The notes beneath the pieces are model-generated. The model did not search any database. It was given only the letters and a program-made list of their open reading frames with translations, and was not told where the DNA came from. From a virus: a DNA stretch of 64,000 nt. Both the position numbers and the translations under genes were made by a program. The stretch spans positions 1-64,000 of the IMG/VR virus record IMGVR_UViG_3300049811_000692. One strand, written 5' to 3'. Below are positions 25,854 through 35,100 of this stretch, one piece after another (the stretch's first letter is position 1; every line of letters starts with the position of its first letter).

Positions 25854-27383
25854 ATGGAAGACGTGAACCCGGCGGACTCGCTCCGCCTGATCAAGGAGGC
25901 GGTCGCGGCCGGCATGGCCGGGAACGACGACCTCCAGAAGACCTTCGTCCAGAGCAACAGCCAGCTCACCGGCCTGACCGCCTTCTCCCTGGAGGCGCCG
26001 GCCAAGACTTACGTCCCGATTGTCACCCCGTTCAGGAACAAACTCCCACGAGTGACGGGTGGTGTCGGAATCCGGGCCAATTGGCGGGCAGTCGTAGGAT
26101 ACAACTCCTCCGGCGCACGTGCGGTCGTTTCGGAAGGGAATCGTGGCCAGATCCAGTCCGTGGCGGTCAAGGAGTACTTCGCGGACTTCCGCACGATCGG
26201 CATCGACAGCTACGTGACGGAGGAGGCGCGCCTCGCCGCCCAGGGCTTCGACGACGTCCTCGCCCGCGCGGTCCAGGCCAACCTCGGCGCCCTGATGATC
26301 CAGGAGGAGCGCTTCCTGCTCGGCGGCCACGGCACCTACGCCCTGCCGCAGCCGGCCGCGCCGGTCCTGGTCGCCAAGACCACGGGCGGCACCCTGCCGA
26401 CCACCACGACCTACCATGTGCGCGTCTGCGCGCTGACGCTCGACGGCTACATGACCGGATCGGCGACGATGGAGACCCAGGGTCTCATCACGCGCCAGAC
26501 GGCAAACGGCGTGACCGACACCTTCGGCGGCGGCTTCTCCCGCGCGTCCAACGCGGCCTCGGCCGCCACCACCTCGGCGACCGCCAGCATCGAGATGAGC
26601 GTGACGCCCGTCCCGGGCGCCATCGGCTACGCCTGGTACGTCGGCTCCACCAACGCCGGCGACAACATGTACCTCCAGGCGATCACGCCGATCGCGTCCT
26701 GGGTGCTGACGGCGCCGCCGGTGACCTCGCCGGCCGCGCGCCAGCTCGGCCTCGACCTCGTCTCCAACGACCGTTCGGCGAACCAGCTGGTCTTCGACGG
26801 GTTCATCGCCCAGGTCGCGGCGTCGGGCTCGGGCGCCCTGTGGCGGAACATGGCCAACAACGCGTCCAACCCGGCGAAGGGCACGCCCCTGACCAGCGAC
26901 GGCGCGGGCGGCATCGTCGAGATCGACGAGGTGCTCGAGTGGTACTGGAACAACCACCGCCTCTCGCCGACCTGCATCTGGGCGAGCGGCAACGTGGTGA
27001 ACAGCTTCCGCAAGCTCGGCCTGCTCGGGACCAGCTCGTCCACGCAGCGATTCACCTTCAACACCGACCAGCGCAACATCCTGATGAGCGGCAAGGTGCG
27101 CGGCTACACCAACCCGTTCGGGATGTCGGGCGCGGGCGAGGAAGTGCCCATCCGGCAGCACCCGAACCTGCCGCCGGGGATGATCTTCTTCGAGACGGAC
27201 TCGCTCCCGTACTCGATGCCGGGGGTCACCGATGTCGCGCGAGTGCTGTGCCGACGCGACTACTACCAGTTGAATTACCCCCAGACGCGCCGCACTTTCG
27301 AGTACGGCGTGTACGCGGACGAACTGCTGCAGGTGTATTTCCCGCCCGCGAACGCGGTTCTCGCCAACATCGGCGTCGCCTGA
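25854..27383 (+). CDS. Major capsid protein with inserted beta-sandwich domain
   Basis: GLTAFSLEAPAK...P..TPFRN.LPR, VSEGNRG, MIQEE..LLGG, FDG, HPNLPPG, RRDYYQ..YP...R.FEYGVY.DE.L; position after scaffold. Confidence 0.88.
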   Translation: MEDVNPADSLRLIKEAVAAGMAGNDDLQKTFVQSNSQLTGLTAFSLEAPAKTYVPIVTPFRNKLPRVTGGVGIRANWRAVVGYNSSGARAVVSEGNRGQIQSVAVKEYFADFRTIGIDSYVTEEARLAAQGFDDVLARAVQANLGALMIQEERFLLGGHGTYALPQPAAPVLVAKTTGGTLPTTTTYHVRVCALTLDGYMTGSATMETQGLITRQTANGVTDTFGGGFSRASNAASAATTSATASIEMSVTPVPGAIGYAWYVGSTNAGDNMYLQAITPIASWVLTAPPVTSPAARQLGLDLVSNDRSANQLVFDGFIAQVAASGSGALWRNMANNASNPAKGTPLTSDGAGGIVEIDEVLEWYWNNHRLSPTCIWASGNVVNSFRKLGLLGTSSSTQRFTFNTDQRNILMSGKVRGYTNPFGMSGAGEEVPIRQHPNLPPGMIFFETDSLPYSMPGVTDVARVLCRRDYYQLNYPQTRRTFEYGVYADELLQVYFPPANAVLANIGVA

Positions 27384-27390
27384 TGCTTGT

Positions 27391-27412
27391 GACGGGGGCG
27401 AAAGCCCCCGTC
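27391..27412 (+). terminator. Hairpin after MCP (terminator or mRNA stabiliser)
   Basis: gacgggggc-GAAA-gcccccgtc; weak U-tract. Confidence 0.6.
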
Positions 27413-27442
27413 CTTCCCCCAACCATTACTTGCGAGGATTGC

Positions 27443-27730
27443 ATGGCACGCTTCAAGTTGGCCCCGGACGTCTGCGGCGTCGGCCTCGAAGACGGCTTCT
27501 TCCCGGTGGACGAGTATGGGGTCGTCGAGATCCCCGATCACCTGGTCCCCACGCTCCAGGAGAGCGGCATCCAGGCCGATCCGGTGGTGGACCTGCCTTC
27601 GGTCGAGCCGGTCGCGCCGACCAAGGGCGGCAAGGGCGGCAAGGGCGGCAAGGGCGGCACGACCGACGCCACCGGCACCGAGACCGGCGGCACCGAGGCC
27701 GGCGGCACCGAGACCGGCGGCACCCAGTAA
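27443..27730 (+). CDS. Small head-associated protein with (KGG)4 and GTE[TA]G repeats
   Basis: GAGG RBS; 9-bp and 15-bp tandem repeats at 27622-27725. Confidence 0.7.
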   Translation: MARFKLAPDVCGVGLEDGFFPVDEYGVVEIPDHLVPTLQESGIQADPVVDLPSVEPVAPTKGGKGGKGGKGGTTDATGTETGGTEAGGTETGGTQ

Positions 27731-27747
27731 CGGGCGCCGCGTGAGCC

Positions 27748-28278
27748 GTGCCGCTCTCCCCCTACATCACCCTGGGCGATCTGCGCGCCTACCTGGGCGA
27801 CCGCGACACCCTGACCGACCTGGAGGCGACCGGGGCAATCTCGAGTGCTTCCAGCATGATCGAGCGCTACACCGGCCGCGACTTCGGGCCGGGCACCCGC
27901 GTCGAAGCATGGGCCGCCACCGGCTCCACCGCGTACTTCCCGCGCGCCACCCCCATCGCGTCGCTCATCTACCTGTTCGTCGATGGGGCCGCCGTCGCCG
28001 GCCGTATCGCCGTGGGACGAACCGCGATCTGCCGGGAAGACAAGCTCCCCTTCACCGGCGAGGTCGAGGTCACCTACTCCACCCTCGTCGCCGTCCCCGA
28101 TGACGTGAAGCTGGCCACCTGCATCACCGCGCAGGCCATCCTCGACAGCCCGGCCATGGACAAGAACCTGACCGCCATGCCGGGCAGCATGGGCGGCGCC
28201 TACGACGGCCCCGGCCCCGGGGCGCTGCCGCGCTCCGCGCGCTCCATCCTCGACCCCCTCATCCGCTGGTCCCCCTGA
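27748..28278 (+). CDS. Head-tail connector (gp6/gp15-like adaptor)
   Basis: YITL.DLRAYLG, AS.MIE.YTGRDF, VPDDVKLA, LP..ARSILDP. Confidence 0.8.
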   Translation: MPLSPYITLGDLRAYLGDRDTLTDLEATGAISSASSMIERYTGRDFGPGTRVEAWAATGSTAYFPRATPIASLIYLFVDGAAVAGRIAVGRTAICREDKLPFTGEVEVTYSTLVAVPDDVKLATCITAQAILDSPAMDKNLTAMPGSMGGAYDGPGPGALPRSARSILDPLIRWSP

Positions 28279-28280
28279 CC

Positions 28281-28892
28281 ATGGAAGCGCGCGTCGCCTG
28301 GGACCGCACCCAGTACGCCAACATGGTCAAGCGCGACGGCGTGCGCCTCACGCTGCGCCACGTCACCCGCACCGGAGGCCCCACAGGACTCGCCAATCCG
28401 GCCACCGTGGTGGGCGCGGTCATCGACGGCCTCCACGAGGTCGGCGCCCCGGCGCTCGCGCTCCGCGGCACGACGCTGCGCGGGCGCTTCCTGGCCGGCG
28501 ACATGATCCAGATCGGCTCCGTGCTCGCCGCCGTCGCAGCGCCCGGCGCCTCCGACGACGGCCGGAACCGCATCACCCTGCCGCTGCAGACAGGCCTCAC
28601 GGCGCCCCTCGCCGACGGCATCGCCGTCAGCGCCTTCTTCTGGGGGGCGGATCGGCGCACCTGGGGAATCGTGCGCAGCTTCCCGACGCGCCTGATCGAC
28701 GGCCAGAACATCCTGGCCTCCGACCAGCAGGTGACGCTCGCCGCGCGGCACTGCCCGGTGCCGCCGACCGTCAACGACCAAGTCCTCATCGGCTGGAACG
28801 GCGGGCCGCCCGAAGCCTGGCGCATCATGGACGTCGAGCCGGTGCGCTCTGGCCTCACCGACGTGGCCTACTACGTCCAGGCGCGCCGCTGA
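28281..28892 (+). CDS. Putative head closure protein with inserted domain
   Basis: Position; IDGQNILASD, WRIMDVEPV..G...AYYVQARR. Confidence 0.65.
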   Translation: MEARVAWDRTQYANMVKRDGVRLTLRHVTRTGGPTGLANPATVVGAVIDGLHEVGAPALALRGTTLRGRFLAGDMIQIGSVLAAVAAPGASDDGRNRITLPLQTGLTAPLADGIAVSAFFWGADRRTWGIVRSFPTRLIDGQNILASDQQVTLAARHCPVPPTVNDQVLIGWNGGPPEAWRIMDVEPVRSGLTDVAYYVQARR

Positions 28893-29389
28893 TGGCCGAC
28901 GACTTCGACGTGCAGGTCGGCCAGTGGGTGCGGCGGGCCCGCGAGAACGCCCGCATCGCCTTCGTCGCGATCGGCTTCGAGGCACTCTCCCGCGTGAAGG
29001 AGCTCACCCCGGTCCGCACGGGCTGGCTGCGCTCCAACTGGCAGATCCAGCGCGAAGGCGAGGCCGTCCCCGTCCAGCGCAGCGCCATCCCGACCGATCC
29101 CGTCGAGGCCCAGCGTCTCCTCGACCAGCTGAAGGCCGAGGCCGAGGAGGGCCGCTCGCCGGCCGCGCTCGCCGAGGCCGCAGCCCAGGCGCAGCTGGGC
29201 GAGAAGCTGCGCATCGTGAACCCCGTTATCTACGCCCGCGCCGTCGAGTACGGCCGCGAGATCGAACGCAAGGACGGCGGCATCACCACGACCACCGCCG
29301 CCGGCATGGCGGCCCAGACCGCGCTCGAGATCCCCGAGATGGCGCGCGCCATCGTGGACGCCATCCGCCAGGGCCGGAGCCGCGTATGA
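28892..29389 (+). CDS. HK97 gp10-family neck protein
   Basis: TPVRTGWLRSNW...NPVIYARAVEYG. Confidence 0.8.
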   Translation: MADDFDVQVGQWVRRARENARIAFVAIGFEALSRVKELTPVRTGWLRSNWQIQREGEAVPVQRSAIPTDPVEAQRLLDQLKAEAEEGRSPAALAEAAAQAQLGEKLRIVNPVIYARAVEYGREIERKDGGITTTTAAGMAAQTALEIPEMARAIVDAIRQGRSRV

Positions 29390-29805
29390 GCGACGCCCTC
29401 CTCACCATCCAGGAGCTCATCGAGACGCACCAGCAGGCGCTCGCCGCCGAGCCGGAGGTCCACTGGGAAGGACGGGCCTATGAGCCGCGCCCGGGCGTGC
29501 CGTGGGTCCAGGTGCAGATGATCGGGCGCGTCCGCGCGCCGATGGCGCTCGGCGTCGCCACGCCGCACCTGTGGCGCGGCCAGCTCATGATCGCCGTGAA
29601 GCACCCGGCCGACACCGGCGACCTGCGCGCCGCCTACGCGCGCGCCGGTGTGGTCGCAGCCCATTGGAAGCGCGGCACGACGCTCGGCACCCCGCCGCTC
29701 GTGGTCGTCGTCCAGGAGACCTCCCTGCCCCCCGCCTACACCTCGGGCGGCTTCATCACCCAGCCGGTCATCGCCGCCTGGTTCACGCAGGAGCACCCCC
29801 CGTGA
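29386..29805 (+). CDS. Tail terminator-like protein
   Basis: Position; V.WE...YEP...PWV.V, GQLMI.V..P...G, HWKRGT. Confidence 0.7.
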   Translation: MSDALLTIQELIETHQQALAAEPEVHWEGRAYEPRPGVPWVQVQMIGRVRAPMALGVATPHLWRGQLMIAVKHPADTGDLRAAYARAGVVAAHWKRGTTLGTPPLVVVVQETSLPPAYTSGGFITQPVIAAWFTQEHPP

Positions 29806-30044
29806 TCGTCATGGTCCAGCACTTCTTCTCCCACACGAATCCCGGCCGCGAGACGTGGGACTTCTACGAGGGCGAGACCCTCGATCCGGCCACGCTCGAG
29901 CAGCGCGGCGCGACCGAGCTGGTCAAGGAGTGGATTGAGCGCGGCCGCCTCGCGGAGGTCGAGGCGCCGGCGGCCAGCGGCGGCCCGGCCGCCTTTGAGG
30001 CGGCGGAGGGCATCGCCGCGATGGACAGCCCCGAAAATCGCTGA
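29802..30044 (+). CDS. Small hypothetical protein
   Basis: Coupled ORF immediately before the tail tube gene. Confidence 0.6.
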   Translation: MIVMVQHFFSHTNPGRETWDFYEGETLDPATLEQRGATELVKEWIERGRLAEVEAPAASGGPAAFEAAEGIAAMDSPENR

Positions 30045-30096
30045 AACGCCAGAGAGAGGCGGCTTGGCCGCGTCCTGAAGAGAGGGATACCCACGC

Positions 30097-31314
30097 ATGT
30101 CCGGCACCGTCGGCTCCGGCCTCAATCGCCGCCTCAGCATCGGGCGCCAGACCGCCCTCAAGACCCGCGCGCCGGCCGGCTCCGGCAAGCAGCTGCGCCG
30201 CATCCAGATGGCGCCGAACATGATCATCGACGCCTTCTCGAGCCAGGAGATCCTGCCCTCGCAGATGGAGCGCACGAGCCGCGCCGGCATGGGCCGCGGC
30301 CAGATCGCCTACCAGGGCGAGATGGCGCCCGGTTCCCAGACCGAGTTCTGGGAAGGGATGATGCGCCGCCAGTTCGCGGCGGTGACCGTCGCCCCGGTCA
30401 GCAACGTCACCGCGGCCGCGGGCCCGCCCGGCACCTTCACCCGCGCGGCGGGCAGCTGGATCACGGATGGCCTGCGCGTCGGCATGGTGATCCGCATGAC
30501 GGGCTGGACCAGCACCGGCGTGAACAACAACGGCCGCAACTACCGCATCCTCACCCTGACGGCCACGGTCATGACCGTCTCGGGCGTGGGCAACGAGGCG
30601 GTGGCGGCGCGCATCGAGACCGGCCCCGTCACCGTCTCCGTGGTCGGCAAGGTGAACTTCCTGCCCCCGACCGGCCAGGTGCTCCCCTACTTCACGGTCG
30701 AGGACTGGCAGCCCGACCTCGCGGTGCCGACCGGCGAGGTGTTCGAGGACTGCCGCGTCCAGCAGCTCGCCATCTCGCTGCCGCCCACGGGCATGGCGCA
30801 GTTCGCGGCCCAGATGGCGGCCCGCGAGTCCGCGCTCATCACGTCCGCGCACTTCACCTCCCCCGCGGCGCCGGCCAACACGGCCTCGCTCGCCGGCGTG
30901 CAGGGCTCGCTGCGCCTCAACGGCGCGGACGTGGCCACCATCACGCAGCTGCAGCTGCAGATGCAGGCCCCGATCCAGGCCGACCCGTCCGTCGGCGCGA
31001 ACCGCGCGGCGGACATCCTGGTGGGCCCGGTGCAGATCCGCGCCTCGGTCACGGCCTACCTGACCGACTTCGCGATGTTCACGGCCAACCGCGCGGAGAG
31101 CGAGTTCGAGGTCATCGTGTACCTGCCGACCACGCCGGCCATCAACGCGGACTTCATGTGCATCACCATGCCGCGCGTGAAGGTCATGACGCCGCAGCGC
31201 CAGGACAGCCCGCTCGCCATCACCCAGTCCTTCCAGCTCTTCGTGCTGGAGAACACGGTGACGACCGGTGGCCTCGAGGCCACCAACCTGATGATCCAGG
31301 ACAGCACGATCTAA
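30097..31314 (+). CDS. Major tail tube protein
   Basis: Position before chaperone/TMP; LRR, SQEI, GE..PG, YFTVE, G.LRLNG, ITMPRVK; beta-rich, strong codon bias. Confidence 0.85.
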   Translation: MSGTVGSGLNRRLSIGRQTALKTRAPAGSGKQLRRIQMAPNMIIDAFSSQEILPSQMERTSRAGMGRGQIAYQGEMAPGSQTEFWEGMMRRQFAAVTVAPVSNVTAAAGPPGTFTRAAGSWITDGLRVGMVIRMTGWTSTGVNNNGRNYRILTLTATVMTVSGVGNEAVAARIETGPVTVSVVGKVNFLPPTGQVLPYFTVEDWQPDLAVPTGEVFEDCRVQQLAISLPPTGMAQFAAQMAARESALITSAHFTSPAAPANTASLAGVQGSLRLNGADVATITQLQLQMQAPIQADPSVGANRAADILVGPVQIRASVTAYLTDFAMFTANRAESEFEVIVYLPTTPAINADFMCITMPRVKVMTPQRQDSPLAITQSFQLFVLENTVTTGGLEATNLMIQDSTI

Positions 31315-31337
31315 CCCCAGCAGGAGAGCAACCCCCG

Positions 31338-31793
31338 ATGCTCGAACTCAACACGCTCGACGTTCTGGCCGGTTCCGAGGAGGGGCGGTGGTGCTACCCC
31401 CGCCATCCGAGGACCGGCGTCGAGATCATGGACGCCCAGGGCCAGCGCTGGGGCTTCAAGCTGGTCGGCCGCCACGCGGCCGTCGCCCGCGACGCGGTGC
31501 GGCGCATGAACGACGAGCGCGCGGCCATTGAGGGCCAGGGCCGCCTCATCGGCGAGGCCGAAGCGCAGCGCATGAACGCCGAGTTCCTGGCGGCATGCAC
31601 CAAGGCCTGGACGCCGATGAAGCTCGATGGGGCCGACTTCGTCTTCACCCACGAGAACGCTGTGAAGTTCTTCGGCGACTCGCGCTTCCGGTGGGTGGAG
31701 GGCCAGCTCAGGGCCTTCATCATGGACGACGGGCATTTTTTTCCCGACTCGCCCTCCAAGTCCGCCACTGGGCCGAGCGGCGCTTCAAGCTAG
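31338..31793 (+). CDS. Tail assembly chaperone (lambda gpG-like)
   Basis: HPRTG, LAACT..W, FT.ENA; ends just after a slippery T7 run. Confidence 0.8.
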   Translation: MLELNTLDVLAGSEEGRWCYPRHPRTGVEIMDAQGQRWGFKLVGRHAAVARDAVRRMNDERAAIEGQGRLIGEAEAQRMNAEFLAACTKAWTPMKLDGADFVFTHENAVKFFGDSRFRWVEGQLRAFIMDDGHFFPDSPSKSATGPSGASS

Positions 31794-32107
31794 ACGCGCC
31801 GGCCGAGGGCGGCGGGCGGCTGCGCGACCACCTGCAGGCCGCGCGCGCCGCGGGCGCCAAGGTGCCGGAGCTTGATGTGGGGCCGCCTCCGGCGGTCCTG
31901 CATTTCGTGCTCGGCGTCTTCTACGAGCTCTCGGCCAGCCGGCCCTACGTCCAACACATCCCCCGCCCGATTCCGCCATCCGAGCTTCAGGCGTGGGGCG
32001 CCATGAACGGCTACCGGCTGCGCCCCTGGGAGGTCGAGATGATCGGCATCCTCGATATGGCCTGGCTGGCCGCCATGTCGCCGACCCCAGGAGCGCGGAC
32101 CATCTGA
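31736..32107 (+). CDS. -1 frameshift extension of the chaperone (gpGT-like), slippery site T-TTT-TTT at 31736-31742
   Basis: The -1 frame continues RLRDHL...PELD...F.ELS..R...PI..SE..AW...L.PWEV..I..LD with no own start. Confidence 0.8.
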   Translation, partial: FFSRLALQVRHWAERRFKLDAPAEGGGRLRDHLQAARAAGAKVPELDVGPPPAVLHFVLGVFYELSASRPYVQHIPRPIPPSELQAWGAMNGYRLRPWEVEMIGILDMAWLAAMSPTPGARTI

Positions 32108-32147
32108 TGGCTGGCGTGGCGGCACGGGATGTCGCCAGCCTGGACCC

Positions 32148-35100
32148 ATGATCCAGGAAGCCGCCGCCCTTTCCTTCACGATCGACAGCTCCCAGGCCGC
32201 CAAGGCCGGCGAGGCGCTGGACCAGCTCACCAAGCAGGCGGGGCTCAGCGCCACCAGCACGAAGGAGCTCGCGGCGCAGGCGCGGGACAGCCAGCTCGCC
32301 CTCCAGCAGTTCGCCCAGCAGGCGACGCTGGTCGAGGCGGGGCTGCGCCAGGCCGGCGGCGGGATCGATTACCTGGTGCAGCGCGTGCAGGTGCTCACCC
32401 GCGAGATGGGGCTGTTCCAGGCCACGTCGCGGGACATGCAGGTCGCGCTCAACCAGCTCGCCGCGGCGGGGCAGCTGTTCGGCACCACGGCGGGTGGCAT
32501 CGAGGCCTTCGCGCGGGTGAGCCGCACGGTCGGGCAGAACTCGATCGAGATGACGCAGTCGCTCCAGCGCATCACCCAGGCGCTCGACGGCGTGACGCTC
32601 TCGGGCCAGCGAGCACGCTCGGTGCTGGAGAACTACGGCGTGCAGGTGGAGGGGCGGCCGACTGAGGACGCGGCCGACATCCTCAAGGAGTACGTGGCGG
32701 CGCGGCGCCGCTTCCAGCCCGACTCGCGGCGCAACGAGGACGACTGGGCGGTCCTCGGCCCGGTGAGCATCGAGACGCTCGCGGCGATGAACCAGCCGGC
32801 CTTCCGCTCGATCGAGCAGGAGCGGCGGTCCATGGAGGACAGCGTCGCGACGCGGCGCGTCCTGGCGCAGCAGGAGGCCACGGCGTCCCGCGAGGCGCGG
32901 ACCGGCGTGCGCGCGCAGCAGTACGACGACCTCGCCCAGGAGTTCTACCGCGGCGGCATGGAGCGGTTCCTGCCGGGCTACCGCCCCACGCGCGAGGAGC
33001 TCGAGCGGCGCGCCGAGGCGCCGAACGCGCAGCCGCGCAGCCAGGCCTACACCTTCGAGCAGCGGGCGGACGGCACGGTGGGGACGCGGCGGGACAGCCG
33101 GGCGTCGCGCTACCTCGACGCGGAGGGGCGGCCGCTCACCGGGCCTGAGTACGAGGCGGCGGTGCGCGCGGGGCAGGAGGTTCAGCGCAACCCCGAGTTC
33201 GACATGATGAACCGGGTGATGCAGCCCTTCCGCGAGATGGGGGCGGCGTTCCGCTGGCTCGCCGACCCGCGCTTCGCGGAGAACCAGCGCGAGATCCGGT
33301 CGCGGTTCAATGAGGCGGCGCAGCGGGCCGGCGAAGGGACGGCCGAGGATGTGTGGGCCTTTGCGAGCGGCGAGATGTGGAGCCGCAGCTTCGGCGACAT
33401 GGGCCGCAACCTGCGGGGCAACTACGTGCCCGCGCCGGGCGCGCCGGCGCGCGAGACGTCCTACCGGACAGGTGACCTGCTTCAGCAGACCCGCATCATG
33501 GAGTCGCAGATCGGCCAGTCGCCGATGGAGCTGGCGAACCGGAGCTTCCTGCTTCAGGCGGCGCGGAGCTTCGGGAACATCAACCTGGAGGGCGCCGAAA
33601 CCCTCTCGGCAGAGCAGCTCCTCGCGCGCTTCCCAGACGAGGCCGGCCCGGGGGCGGTAGGCGGCCTCTCGCCGCGCGAGGTGGTCCGGCGCAACCGGGC
33701 GGCGCGCGACAACGCGGCCGTCGCCGACAACGACCGCGCGCGCGACGACCGCGACCTCATGCGCCGCGCGCAGATGGGGCAGATCACCCCGGCCGATCTC
33801 CCGCGCCGCACCGTCACCATTGGCGCCACCGACACCCAGGAGGAGATCAGCCTCGAATCGCTGGGCTTCACCGAGACGTCGAGCGCCCAGGCCCGCCAGC
33901 GCCTCCAGCAGCTCGCCCAGGCGGTGCTGCGCGTGCGCGCCACCATCGAGACCGAGGGCAAGCAGGTCGAGGAGCTGCTCAAGACCCTGGCCGAGGTGGA
34001 TCGCCAGCGCGAGGCCGAGATCGGCCTGCAGGTCGAGGGCACCACGCGCCGGATGGACTTCCGCGAGCGCATGCGTTCGACCCTGACGGACGCCTCGCCC
34101 GGCCGGCAGTTCGAGAACCTCTACCAGTCCACGCGGGCGACGGTGCTGGAGGAGACGGGCAGCCCGATCCTTGCCAACACCCGGGCGCTGGAGGCGCTGA
34201 CCGAGGCCGTCATCCAGATGGAGCGGCTCTACAACCGCATGATCGAGGAGACGCGCCAGGACACGCGCCAGTCGGCCGGCTGGACCAACTTCCTCCTGGG
34301 CGGCCCGCGCCCGGCCTTCGAGGGGACGGACGACCCGAACGACGTGCTGGCGCGCTACGGCGGCGGGGCGGGCGGCCGCGGCGGACCACCGCTCACCGAT
34401 GGCGGGACCGCGGCGGCACCCACCGGTGCGCGCCGGCAGGCGGGCCAGGAGATCGCCGCCGAGCTGCAGGGCTACGGCGTGCCTCGCACGATGGCGGTGG
34501 CCATGGTCGCCCAGGTCGATGTCGAGAGCAGCTTCAACCCGCGCGCGGTGGGCGACAACGGGGCCTCCTACGGCCTCCTCCAGTGGCAGGGCGAACGTCG
34601 CCGCCGCTTCGAGCAGGTGGTCGGCGGCCCCATCGAGCGCAGCACCCGCAGTCAGCAGGTGCAGTTCCTCGCCTATGAGGCGGGCTACCCCGACGCCATC
34701 CCCGGCGCGCCGCCCTCCACCGAGGCGCGCAACACCGAGTCCGCTCGGCGGGAAACGGTGCCGGATCGCGCGGCCGCCGCGCTCAGCCGCGACTTCGTGC
34801 GCCCGTTTAAGGTCTATGAGGAGCAGGTGACCCGCGGCCGCCGGGCGAACGCCTGGAACACGGTGATCCCCGACGAAGGGGCGGACCCTGCGCGCGTCGG
34901 CCCCGTCAACCTCGTCGTGCGCCTGCCCGGCGAGGTCGAGCCGCGCGAGCGGCTGGGCCGCGAGGCGGGGGTGGCGCTTCCCCTGCCGCCGCCGCCGCGG
35001 CCGCCCGCGGCGGGACCCGGCCAGCAGCTCCGGGAGCGATGGGAGGAATCGAACTTCGGCCCGATGGCCGACCGGCAGGAGGCGCAGGATCCGGCGACGG

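Noticed and set aside
25760-27730. 656-aa overlapping ORF or MCP frameshift fusion
   Set aside because: Only the last 95 codons look coding (own RBS and ATG 27443); no slippery site seen at the MCP end.
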